In this document: in pieces, positions 1-10,663 of the stretch
Position numbering within the stretch: position 1 is the first letter of the stretch
How the letters are laid out: each line of letters begins with the position of its first letter
Assembly: GCA_964016885.1 (NCBI GenBank)
Contig: OZ024740.1
Span: forward strand, 385,888,001 to 385,952,000
Direction: 5' to 3'
Length of the DNA: 64,000 bases
DNA from: Eledone cirrhosa
Lineage: Eukaryota
Notes under the pieces: generated by a model
Told to the model about the DNA's origin: nothing
The model's database searches: none
Seen by the model: only the letters and a program-made list of their open reading frames with translations
Position numbers and translations under genes: made by a program

Positions 1-26
1 TTTTTGGAAAATCAATTGACAACAAA

Positions 27-88
27 AATGTCTACATGCGTTTCAACTTCAATATTAGTACATAATACTAAAGCATCATCAGGGCATT
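27..88 (-). ncRNA. Minimal type I hammerhead ribozyme (Penelope-like pLTR), one stem I mismatch
   Basis: Minus strand AATGCC-CTGATGA-T-GCTTTAGTATTA/TAATATTGAAGT-T-GAAA-C-GCAT-G-TA-GACATT: core boxes present, 12-bp stem II including G-U pairs, short stem III. Confidence 0.6.
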
Positions 89-699
89 AATTCAGGATTT
101 GGATGATGCAAGTCCCAAAGAAATACAAGAATCATAGTCAATACAGTAAAAAGATATTTTATATAATAATTCACAGTTGTGTAGAAATTAAAGAGGTTTT
201 GAAGATGTTTTTAAAGAAATAAAGAGAAAGTTATTTCATCTCCGAGGATGCACAAACAAAACAGTTATACTTTTTTTTTTAGCAACAAGAAATGAAGAGG
301 ATTTGTGAAGAGATTTTTTTTAAAAAGGAAAAAAAAACTTATGTAGAAATGTTAGTGAATTACGCTATAAAAGTGTATTGTTTTAAGTACAAATTATTAT
401 AAAGTATTAGATAAATTAGAAGAAAAACCATATACAGATCTATATGATATGAATTGCATTAAAAAGACTTAGTTACATGTTAATGTTATGTAGCAGGTGT
501 CATGGATACAGGTTGGCATTTGTTGAGGGTTAGTAGACTGATTGGAGCAATAACGGTCTTATATATATGTATAATAAGAAAAACGATGAAGTTTCATTTA
601 TCTGTATCTATTGTGTATCAATCTTTTACATGCGTTTTGCAGAGGATTGACTCAAGGTTGCCCATAGAAGTTATGGACCCAAGATGCTAGGTATATATA

Positions 700-1300
700 T
701 ATATACCCAATATCTCATTTATCATGACAAACACTGTGTTATGCCAGTGTGGATGTGTGCAATAAATGTTGGGAAATAGTCTTATCCTTCTGGATCGTGT
801 GGAGATCTGAGGTCTTGTAGGTCTTGTAAGTCTGATGTTTGCACGAAGTCACATGTTCATCCCTTTTGTTTAGTAGTTGTTCCTTAATAAACAAAATTTG
901 AATGGTTTCTTCGGAGCATAAATTGCATGGCAGCAGCTCCCATATAAGGTTTGGCCTTAGATAAAGTACTCCATTTCAGGTCGTAGGGGGTGTTATTATT
1001 GTGGAGGTCCCATATGTGGCTGTATAGTATTTAGCATTTTTCTAGGCCCAGTTTCTAAAGCTGTGTTGGTGCTGGTAGAACCTTGTCTTAAATTTGCAGG
1101 CAGTTAATCCTGTGCAGGTTCTGTTGCTGGCATTTGATGTTTAGAGAAAAGTTGTTTTGATCTGTGCAGTTCCATGGCCTGGTTTTGTCATTGCTGAAGT
1201 CTGAGTGAGATCTTACAGAGTTTAGTTTAGGAGTGTTGGAGGAAGCAATGATTTGTGTGAAGTTAAGTATGATGCTATAAGAAAGTTTGACAGCCATCAG
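700..1300 (-). mobile_element. Decayed Penelope-like element, 3' part (Cys-rich linker to C-terminus of the GIY-YIG region)
   Basis: Minus-strand translations VKLSYS...NC...KC (1088-1297) and KAKPY / CNLCSEE...LLNKRDE...SCKH (about 830-960), typical Penelope C-terminal motifs; frameshifted. Confidence 0.65.
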
Positions 1301-1625
1301 GCCCCAACTCTCTCTAATATAGTCAAACTCTACTATCGCAAGTATTGAGTACTCTGTTGAATAATGGTCTTACTAGTTTAATATTGGTTAAATCCTGATA
1401 TATATATATATATATAGGAAAAGAGTCAGGACACCAACGGCTGAGCTCCTGCTGTTGCGACAGCTACTTTGTACTCTGGTGCGTTATGGTCCACCTGGTA
1501 TCTTACCACACCTTCTTTGTTATATATATATATATAAAGAGAGAGTTAATCACATACACTGTGGTTATCTTTTGATTTAAATTAATTAGGAGAATTACCA
1601 GGTTTTAATTGCTTCTAATTTTCAG

Positions 1626-1741
1626 TGCCATCATCTGGACCAAGCAATGTAACTGGAAAAGTAGTCTCTTCATCTTCTATTATCGTTCAATGGAGTGATG
1701 TGCCTCGCATTGAACAAAATGGTCAGATCCTTGGATATAAG
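1626..1741 (+). CDS. Sdk: Sidekick exon 1 of window (FN3-7, N-half)
   Basis: ttcAG|..|GTattg; phase 1 to 0; VPSSGPSNVTGKVVSSSSIIVQWSDVPRIEQNGQILGYK, matching the Sidekick VPSSGP.NV...NG..LGYK segment. Confidence 0.93.
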
Positions 1742-2689
1742 GTATTGTACTCATTTGGTTTATTCTTTTATTATTTTAATGATTACAGATATTGGACTGT
1801 GATAATGTTGAAACAGCTTTTAACTCTTTTGATAACATACCACAGGAAACTGCCTTGGTTTTATGTTACAAAACTCCCCATTTTTAAATACTCATATTTA
1901 TATTAAAACTTTCCATCAACATTTTTTAAAAGAAATTTTTATTAAGCAATGTTCAAAACATCAGCTTTATAAGGAAATGGTTAATTATTTTATTAAGCTC
2001 TGCCAACATCCTAATAACTAAGCTGTGCACCTTCATATAAATGATGGAAGGTTTTTAGATAAATATAAACACTTTAAAACAAGTAGTTTCATATCATAAA
2101 ACCAGGAGCACTTTCGAGTGGCTTGGTATCAAAAGAGTTAATACTACTCTTGGGGAGGGGGAAGCCTGACAATCAATGCCAGTTGTTGTTGTGGTAATGG
2201 TTTACTCCTCATTACAACACTAATTAAGCAAACTTATTACCAAAACTATTACAACTATTATGGTCAACCCATTTTTTTAGAATTTATAAGACGACATACA
2301 GTCCTGCTTTATTCAACCTTTAACATGCTAGAATTTTTTATGAATTGCTTCCCTTAACACTGCATTATGTATTAAGTGAAGATTACTCTATCAGCAACTT
2401 ACTGCACCTAGAGCAGCCAGAAGGTTAAGAGAGTAAGTTGTGGTTTGAGATGGATTGGACTGCTATATCTAGCAGGTTGAGCAACAATGGAGAGGCTCAT
2501 TGTTTGGCATGAAAGGTGGTTGTTATTGTTTAGCTACATGGTCAACCTTTATGTTTATTCTATCTTTTTTTTCTGACAAAACGTATGTAGGACAAGATTA
2601 TTAAGAAAATTTAAATATTTTTGAGAGAATTCATGTATTAAAATATGAAAATACATTTTTAAAACTGTTTTCTGAATCATCATAGATGC

Positions 2690-2890
2690 AGAAAAGTGGA
2701 AGATATCCAAATGTTGGAACTTGACCAACTGCTTTTCATGCTGATCACTATAAAGACCAATCAGATCCTTGGTCCCCAAACTGCCATATTCCTCTGTAAG
2801 ATCAGTAGGATTGCTTCCTGCCTGAGGAAGGAGCCCCATGAGGTGGAGTGGCTGATGAAATGAGTGTCACTAGCTTTTGCCATCATGTCC
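2690..2890 (+). mobile_element. 3' fragment of a CRE-like LINE with restriction-like endonuclease
   Basis: LLFMLITIKTNQILGPQTAIFLCKISRIASCLRKEPHEVEWLMK*VSLA; homologous to 55180-55680 and 3490-3840. Confidence 0.55.
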
Positions 2891-3093
2891 ACAGGAGTAC
2901 TACAGAGATATACCAACTAGCCAGGGATGTCTCCCCCCTCATTCCTCCCTTTTTTTTCTTTTTTATTATTATTTAATTTTTTGTCTCTCTTCCTGTTTAT
3001 TATGTAAAATATTTATGCAAATAAAATTCCCCTTTTCCAATTAAAAAAAAGAAAATTCATAGATCTTTATATTTTTCTGATCTCTTTATTCAG

Positions 3094-3280
3094 ATAAAAT
3101 ATCAAGCTGTGGATAAAGGAATTCTACCAAAATTCCAAAGTTTGGATAATGAGACAAGGCAATATGTGTTACATAACCTGTTGAAGTATGTTGTGTATAA
3201 AATAAATGTACTTGCCTTCACAAAAATGGGTGATGGGAGTCTCAGTGAACCAACCTTGACTATAAGAACTAATCAAGATG
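3094..3280 (+). CDS. Sdk: Sidekick exon 2 (FN3-7, C-half)
   Basis: ttcAG|..|GTaagt; 187 nt, phase 0 to 1; IKYQAVDKG...LLKYVVYKINVLAFTKMGDGSLSEPTLTIRTNQD. Absent from the ORF track; translated by hand. Confidence 0.93.
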
Positions 3281-3558
3281 GTAAGTGACCAAACAACAAT
3301 AAACAAGAGCTGCATGTTGATGTGTTATGACATAGAATAGAAAGATTGATATTGGTTTATCATGCAGGGGAAGGAGAAAGGATGAGGCTCCTTGTCAGAA
3401 GAAATTAAAAGTATCATTTATGAAAAGTTGCATATACCTCTTCTGCAAAAAACTTGTAACAATGAAAAGGTATTCAAGTTTAACAATAATTTGGACTTGA
3501 CTGACCACATTTGTTTGCACTGGTCACTGTGAAGATCCCTGGTGTCCTCGATCCTTAA

Positions 3559-3724
3559 CCCTTTAGCATTTAAACCAGCCGTATCCGGCCAGAATTCTCT
3601 CACTTCTTTCTGTTCAAACTGGCTGCATAAATAATATAAAAATCTCAGATTTGATATTATCTGAGATAAAGCCTTTACCGTGAAAATACAATAGTAAATA
3701 TAGAGTAATATAAATGCTAAAGGG
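3559..3724. mobile_element. piggyBac-type MITE nested in a CRE fragment; related copies at 36823-37030 and about 48785-49028
   Basis: TTAA TSD (3555-3558, 3725-3728); 14-bp TIR CCCTTTAGCATTTA. Confidence 0.85.
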
Positions 3725-4023
3725 TTAAACTGCAATTTTCCTCCATAAAACTGAGAGAAGTACATCCCATCTGAGGAAAGAGCCCTATGAGGTGGTGTGA
3801 CTGCTGCAGTGGGTGTCATTGGTTGTTCTCCAAGGCAATAATTTGTCATGAACAACTTTAAAGTCAATACAAATGTAATGTGTGAGTATTTGTGTTTGTA
3901 AAATTTAAAGAGCTACAGATGGATATATATATATAAATAAACAAACGTACATGACCTATTATTATGATTGATGGAAGTATTGGAATTGTAACAGAAATGT
4001 TTGTTTTACTTCTTTCTTTTCAG

Positions 4024-4362
4024 TTCCTGATCCTCCTATTATAATTTATTTTCCTAATGTGACATATGATTTGGCAAAAGTGGTATGGGCACCTCCCAAA
4101 AAACCAAATGGCATTATTCTTAAATACAGAGTCTCTTACAGACTAAAAGATGACCAGAGTAATCAGAAACCAAACCATACAATACTAAAAAATAACCGGA
4201 GTATTCAGAAACCAAACTATACAATAGTAGATGCTGATGTGAATGATTTCACAGCATACCACCTCAAAAAAGAAAAGTATTATATTTTCAGTGTCGCTGC
4301 TAAGACTATACGTGGCTGGGGAAATTCAAGTGAGGTTTTGGTATTCACTACTGCAAAAAGAT
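4024..4362 (+). CDS. Sdk: Sidekick exon 3 (whole FN3-8; symmetric phase 1-1)
   Basis: ttcAG|..|GTgagt; 339 nt; VPDPPIIIYFPNVT...WAPPKKPNGII...YIFSVAAKTIRGWG...VFTTAKR. Confidence 0.93.
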
Positions 4363-5546
4363 GTGAGTACTTTAATGTTTTCCTATTATTTTTAAACATA
4401 CATTGAAAAATTTGATATTTCAAATTTTCTTTGTGTATCATCATCATCATCATCATTTGTTGTGTCTGTTGCTATGTATGATGTATCACTTTCTATTATC
4501 TGTTTTACCTAGCCCCAATCATGTATCACAGATGGAGACAGCATTTGCCGTATAGCTTGTTCAGTTGCAGTGTTAACTTTATTAGTTGTACTATGTAAAG
4601 CTCATTCAAATGCAGTGACAAGTGCAGTTTATGCTGCAGGAGAGCTAAAAATGATACAAACCAACAAAAGAGCATCTACATAGACACACAACCTGTGAAA
4701 AATTACAGCGAAATCTCTTCACATATCATGCCATACTGTCATAAAAAAAGGTGGGACATGACACATTGGATAATGTAGTTTTAGATAAACTGTGTTTGAA
4801 TAAACCACAGAATGACCATGGCTGCAGTATCTTTGTTCGTAGGTCTATTCAACTAGATTTGAGCTAGAATTAACAAGAACAAAAGCTTATATCATAGTTC
4901 TTTTCAGAGTATAATTTGTCTGCCTTCTTATACTACTAAAAATCCAGAGACTTGTACATTCCTTCAGATCATTATTCAAAACGGATTCACTTTACATAGA
5001 AATCTGCAAAGAAATTTTCATTAACTTTTTTGTCATCATATTTATAATAAAATACAAAGCCTATGATTTTCTATTAATTTTGAAATTTATCAAGAACTTA
5101 GGAAGATTTTATAATTCTTTTCATGATTAAGCTGGTGTTTGAAACATAATTTAACAAAAATTTCTTACATAAAATTATCTTTGAAAGGTTAAATTCAACT
5201 GTACAAAAATTATCATTTCCATTCTAAGTAACTTAGCATAACATTTTTATATAAAATTGTGTTAGAAGATTTTAATATAAATAGGAACCCTTAAAGATAG
5301 GTGAACTTTTTCATAGAAACAAAGCCAGTTTTTTGCCATGTTGGTATCAAAAAAGTTAAAATAGATGGCTTTGTACCATAGAACAAGTGGTGGTTTCAAG
5401 TGGAATTATATTAAGAGTTAATGTTGCTATCTTAATTACTGTCATCCTTCTACTAATTTTATTTTGTCAATTCTTTTCTTTTCTTCTTTTATTTTTCATT
5501 GAAACAATCACTTAGTTATTCACGCATATTGATATTTCTGTTTTAG

Positions 5547-5745
5547 ATCCTCCTGAAAGTCCATCAAAGCCAGTTGAAAGTTCCCGAGTTTGGTCACGAT
5601 CTATCACCATCAGCTGGCACCATGGTAACGATGGCTATGGACCATTACGGAACTTCACTATCCAATATCAGAAGAAACACCAGCAAGGCTGGGATACTGT
5701 AAAAAGTGTTGTGCCACCTTCCGTGACAACATACACAATTACAAA
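5547..5745 (+). CDS. Sdk: Sidekick exon 4 (FN3-9, N-part)
   Basis: tttAG|..|GTaggt; 199 nt, phase 1 to 2; PPESPSKP...SRSITISWHHGNDGYGPLRNFTIQY...TTYTIT. Confidence 0.92.
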
Positions 5746-6549
5746 GTAGGTTAAGGGTCTTTTTACTCATTGTTGTTGGTGGTGAGATTTTTTTGTTTTT
5801 AATTCAAAAATACCAAGACAGTACTCACTAGTTTAATCTGTTTGTGTTAAATGTTGTTGATGTTAAACATTATTATACAACAACTCAACAACAAGCATTT
5901 TAAGGCCATGTTCCCCTGTTAAGATAAGGGTTAACCTTGCAAAATCCATGACAAGCTTCGTCATTTTGCACTAACCTCTGCATATCTCCTCTCCAACCTT
6001 TTGCCTTTCATTTCCTCCTTCATCATCTTTAGTCATATCTTCTGGATCTTCCTCTTCCTTTATTTCCTTCAACTTTCATTTCCATCACTTTCATCTTGCC
6101 TCAACAGATGATCCAGTCATTTCCTTCTATTTCTCTTCACAGTATTCATCACTGGCTCTTTTCCCATCATCCTCTGCAATTTATTAGAGATTAAGATAGT
6201 GGTGTTAAAATTGAAATATAACATATTTTTCATAAAAAAAAGATAATTCCTCAGCTGATTCAGTTCACAGCAATGAGAATTTATACAACTACTAAAAAGT
6301 ATACTAGTAAGAAGAGCAATTAATTTTGAGTGAAGTTCTATGGAATCTGTAATTTTGAAAAAGAAAATTCAAAAATGGAATATCCCATTCATAAAACCAA
6401 AATTCTCTCCGATGTAATTTATTATTGAATTTAATATTTTGGAATGGAAATTGTACCTTTTTTTAAACCTGGCCAGTAGCTGTATTTTTCAACAGGATTA
6501 TATCAGTGACATGGTTACAGAAGTTCAACCAAGGTTTTTGACATTTCAT

Positions 6550-6732
6550 ATAGTTTATTTCACATTGCTCCTGTTTACTCAGCTGTAGAAATGAGATGAT
6601 ATGACTGGGGTCCCTATCATTCCACTGCAAAGTGGTCGTGGAGGTGCCATGGCAAAAAAGCCCCCAGCCCACACTGTAAATGAGGTTGGTGTTAGGAAGG
6701 GCATCCAGCTGTAGAAATCAAGCCAGAATCAG
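6550..6732 (+). mobile_element. 5' portion of a CORE-type SINE, split by the RTE insertion (remainder at 10961-11013)
   Basis: Matches intact copies at 16450-16780 and 40152-40490 up to ...CCAGAATCAG; the sequence resumes at 10961 with GTCCCGTCCCACCCTGCAAG. Confidence 0.85.
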
Positions 6733-6834
6733 ACACTTTGCCATTCTTCTCTGCTAAAATGTACCACTAGAGCTGATTCAAATTTTCCCAGCCAGCCATC
6801 CACCTAATCTACGAAGGTATTTTAGCCTACATAT

Positions 6835-7227
6835 TGTCGTTAATATTATGATGTTCCCTGCTGTATTAGCGTTAAATTTTCCCTGCTGTATTAGCGATAA
6901 ATTTTCGAGGGTTTCTCTTAGTAGCTTTTTCATGTCGTTAATATTATGATGTTCCCTGCTGTATTAGCGTTAAATTTTCCCTGCTGTATTAGCGATAAAT
7001 TTTCGAGGGTTTCTCTTAGTAGCTTTTTCATGTCGTTAATATTATGATGTTCCCTGCTGTATTAGCGTTAAATTTTCCCTGCTGTATTAGCGATAAATTT
7101 TCGAGGGTTTCTCTTAGTAGCTTTTTCATGTCGTTAATATTATGATGTTCCCTGCTGTATTAGCGTTAAATTTTCCCTGCTGTATTAGCGATAAATTTTC
7201 GAGGGTTTCTCTTAGTAGCTTTTTTCA
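6835..7227 (+). repeat. Four near-identical 98-bp units, each with an internal ~25-bp direct repeat, in the RTE 5' UTR
   Basis: TGTCGTTAATATTATG starts at 6835, 6933, 7031 and 7129; sub-repeat TTCCCTGCTGTATTAGCG(T/A)TAAATT occurs twice per unit. Confidence 0.95.
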
Positions 7228-7543
7228 TGACGTTATTATTGTTAATTTTACTGATGTAGTATTAACTTGGATATTTACCATGCGACCCTCAGTTCCTACC
7301 TCACAATTTCCCTCCCCCCCACCCCCACACACCACCATAGTCTATTCGACCAATCAAACCTAGCATGCCATTTCCACTGCTGCTGCTGCTACTACCTGCC
7401 TAACTAACTCTCTCCTCCTCTGGCGCATCCCAACACACCCTGCCATTACCCCACCACCACTGTCCTTCTAGCCCTCAATTTTCCCACCGTTAGGGATGGA
7501 TGAGCTGGGAATACACGAGCAACTCTGAATCAATAGATGAAAT

Positions 7544-10500
7544 ATGAATCTGCGAGCTACCAAGCACCCACGTGAAGCGCCAACCCAGAGACCCTCCCCT
7601 ACGAGTGTCGACAAATGCCCAAAACTCCGAGTTGGTACCATCAATGTAGGCTCAATGAAAGGAAGAGCAGGAGAAATCGTAGAAATGCTAGAGCGAAAGG
7701 AAGTTGATGTATGCTGTGTGCAAGAGACTAGATGGAGAGGAGGGTCTGCTAGAGTCCTTGTAGGAAAAAGCCAGTGCTACAAATTTTTCTGGGTGGGAAA
7801 TGACGATGGGATGGGTGGTGTAGGTATACTATTAGCTGACAAGTGGGTAGATAAAGTAATCTCAGTGTACAGGGTAAATGCAAGAATCATTAAACTCAGA
7901 CTAGTCCTGAATAAGACAATTACCACAATAATATCAGCTTACGCACCCCAATCGGGGCTGCCAGACGAACTTAAGGATAGGTTTTACGAGTCCCTAATAC
8001 ACACTACTGCTCTAACAGACGACAAGGACTTCCTAATCATTGCAGGAGATTTTAACGGACACGTAGGTAAACACTGCAACGGCTTCAATAGAGTACATGG
8101 AGGCCATGGAGTTGGCACAAGGAATGAGGAAGGATTCAGACTTCTAGAATTCTGCGACGCCAATGACATGTCGATATGTAACACAAACTTTAAAAAACCC
8201 GACAACCACCTGATCACCTATAGATCAGGGGAGCACTCTAGTCAGTTAGATTTTATCCTCATCAGAGGACGTGACAGATGGACGGTCGTAAACACAAAAG
8301 CCTTCCCTAGTGAGGAATGTACATCCCAACATAGCTTAGTTGTCAGCGACCTCACGGTCAGAACTAGACGAGCCCTGAAACAGAGGCCAACCTGGAGAAG
8401 AAAGATCTGGAAGCTGAAAGTCCCCTCAACCAGTAACAGATTTAAAGATATTTTACTCAACGCCTACGACAGTAAAGAAGAACAGATAGAGACATTTAAC
8501 GTAGAAGAGAACTGGGAGTTCCTAAAAAATAACTTACTAGAGGCGACGGATGAGGTTTGTGGCTGGAGTAAGACCTCAAGCAGGAGGAGAGTGACTTGGT
8601 GGTGGAACAATAAGGTAGATGAAGCAGTCAAGGCCAAGAGACAGGCATGGAAAGAATGGAAGAACGGGGGGAGCAGGGTACATTACATAGAGACCAAGAG
8701 GGAAGCTAGGCGACAAGTATACTTAGCTAGGAGGGAAGCAGAGGATAGAAAATTCAAGCATGTTTTACAACGTGAGGACCAGAAACAGGAGGTATTCAAG
8801 ATTGCGAGGCAGTGTGTCAGAGATAGTTGTGATGTCATTGGAGAGAAGTGTATCCGGAATGATAAAGGTGAGCTTGCCCTCACAAGTGCTGAGAAGAAAG
8901 ATGCATGGAAGAGTCATTATGATAGATTACTAAATGAGGAGAATGCATGGGAAGAAGAGACCCTACCCCACGTAGACCCTATAGAGGGACCAGCAGTACA
9001 AGTCAGCGGCAGCGTAGTAAGTAAGGCAATCAGAGATATGAAGATAGGGAAGGCAACCGGTCCATCGGGTATAGCTGCCGAGATGCTGAAGGCATCTGGG
9101 TCTGTAGGTCACACTATAACCACACGTATCGTTAACCAGGTAATACTAGAGGGGGCCATACCAAAAGATTGGTGCAGTAGCATCATTGTCAACTGCTACA
9201 AAGGTAAAGGCGATGCACTAGATAGAGGAAACTATAGAGGTATAAAGTTGATGGACCAGGTCATGAAAGTAACAGAAAGAGTTATAGCACAGCTGATTAG
9301 GGACCGGGTGAATATAGACGAGATGCAATTTGGGTTTGTTCCAGGGAAAGGCACCACTGATGCGCTCTTCCTTGTGAGGCAATTACAGGAAAAGTACCTA
9401 GCTAAAAGTAAGCCACTCTACTTGGCATTTGTCGACCTTGAGAAAGCCTTTGACAGAGTTCCACGTGCAGTAATCTGGTGGGCTCTTAGAAAACTAGGAG
9501 TAGATGAATGGCTTGTGAAAGCGGTACAAGCCATGTATAGGGGAGCAGTCAGCAAAGTTAGGATTGGCAATGAGTATAGCGAGGAATTTAGCGTACAGGT
9601 TGGGGTCCACCAGGGCTCTGTTCTTAGCCCTCTCCTGTTCATCATAGTCCTGCAGGCAATAACGGAGGAGTTTAAGACCGGATGCCCATGGGAACTCCTG
9701 TATGCTGATGACCTCGCACTCATAGCTGAATCTATGGTAGAACTAGAGAATAAATTCCAAACCTGGAAGCAGGGACTAGAGAGAAAGGGCCTCAAAGTCA
9801 ACATGACAAAGACTAAGGTCCTTATAAGTAGACGAGAAAACAGAACCCAGATCCCCTCAGGGAAATGGCCTTGCTCAGTATGTAGGAAAGGTGTAGGTAG
9901 GAACTCCATTCTTTGCCCCAAATGCAAACAATGGGTACACAAGAGATGTAGCGGGATCTCAGGAAGCTTAATTAAGAATGTAGGATTCACATGCAGCAGC
10001 TGTGCTGAAACAGCAAGCAAACAGCCACAGGAAACAAGTACCACCAATCTCTGGGAGGGCCCTGTAGAAACAGTAGACAGCTTCTGCTACCTAGGTGACC
10101 GAATTAGCAACGGAGGTGGGTGCTCAGAAAGTACAATAACTAGGGTAAGAACGGGATGGAAGAAGTTTAGGGAACTACTACCACTGCTAGCTGCAAAAGG
10201 CTTCTCCCTCAGAATGAAAGGCAGACTGTATGATGCGTGTATCCGAACAGCGATGCTGCATGGTAGTGAGACCTGGGCGCTGAAGGTGGAAGACTTACGT
10301 AGATTAGAGAGAAACGAAGCCTGCATGCTCCGATGGATGTGTAACAGTAATATACGTGAACGACAAAGCATAAATGAATTGAGAGAGAGACTGAGCATAA
10401 GAGGAATCAAATGCTGCGTGCAGGAGAGGCGGTTACGCTGGTATGGACATGTGATGCGTATGAAGGATGACAGCTGCATAAAAAGGTGCAGAGCACTAGA

Positions 10501-10663
10501 AGTTGATGGAAACCGCGGAGTGGGGAGACCCAAGATGACTTGGGATGAGGTGATAAAAGCCGACCTTACCCAACTACACCTCTCAAAGTCAATGACACAC
10601 GACCGTGACTTCTGGCGTCACGCAGTAATACAGGGTACCCGACCTCCCATGGGTACATGCTGA
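7544..10663 (+). CDS. RTE ORF: APE endonuclease + reverse transcriptase with embedded PHD finger, 1039 aa, uninterrupted
   Basis: GTINV, VQETRW, AYAPQ, GDFNGHVG, LDFIL, SQH (APE); QFGF, FVDLEKAFD, GVHQGSVLSP, YADD, FCYLG (RT); RLRWYGHV and GRP..TW (RTE C-terminus). Confidence 0.96.
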   Translation: MNLRATKHPREAPTQRPSPTSVDKCPKLRVGTINVGSMKGRAGEIVEMLERKEVDVCCVQETRWRGGSARVLVGKSQCYKFFWVGNDDGMGGVGILLADKWVDKVISVYRVNARIIKLRLVLNKTITTIISAYAPQSGLPDELKDRFYESLIHTTALTDDKDFLIIAGDFNGHVGKHCNGFNRVHGGHGVGTRNEEGFRLLEFCDANDMSICNTNFKKPDNHLITYRSGEHSSQLDFILIRGRDRWTVVNTKAFPSEECTSQHSLVVSDLTVRTRRALKQRPTWRRKIWKLKVPSTSNRFKDILLNAYDSKEEQIETFNVEENWEFLKNNLLEATDEVCGWSKTSSRRRVTWWWNNKVDEAVKAKRQAWKEWKNGGSRVHYIETKREARRQVYLARREAEDRKFKHVLQREDQKQEVFKIARQCVRDSCDVIGEKCIRNDKGELALTSAEKKDAWKSHYDRLLNEENAWEEETLPHVDPIEGPAVQVSGSVVSKAIRDMKIGKATGPSGIAAEMLKASGSVGHTITTRIVNQVILEGAIPKDWCSSIIVNCYKGKGDALDRGNYRGIKLMDQVMKVTERVIAQLIRDRVNIDEMQFGFVPGKGTTDALFLVRQLQEKYLAKSKPLYLAFVDLEKAFDRVPRAVIWWALRKLGVDEWLVKAVQAMYRGAVSKVRIGNEYSEEFSVQVGVHQGSVLSPLLFIIVLQAITEEFKTGCPWELLYADDLALIAESMVELENKFQTWKQGLERKGLKVNMTKTKVLISRRENRTQIPSGKWPCSVCRKGVGRNSILCPKCKQWVHKRCSGISGSLIKNVGFTCSSCAETASKQPQETSTTNLWEGPVETVDSFCYLGDRISNGGGCSESTITRVRTGWKKFRELLPLLAAKGFSLRMKGRLYDACIRTAMLHGSETWALKVEDLRRLERNEACMLRWMCNSNIRERQSINELRERLSIRGIKCCVQERRLRWYGHVMRMKDDSCIKRCRALEVDGNRGVGRPKMTWDEVIKADLTQLHLSKSMTHDRDFWRHAVIQGTRPPMGTC

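Noticed and set aside
240-690. Second Penelope GIY-YIG coding remnant on the minus strand
   Set aside because: Only faint motif traces; too decayed to call without an alignment
6835-7227. 98-bp array with short internal repeats as CRISPR-like
   Set aside because: The intervening sequences are identical between units; it is a tandem duplication inside a LINE UTR
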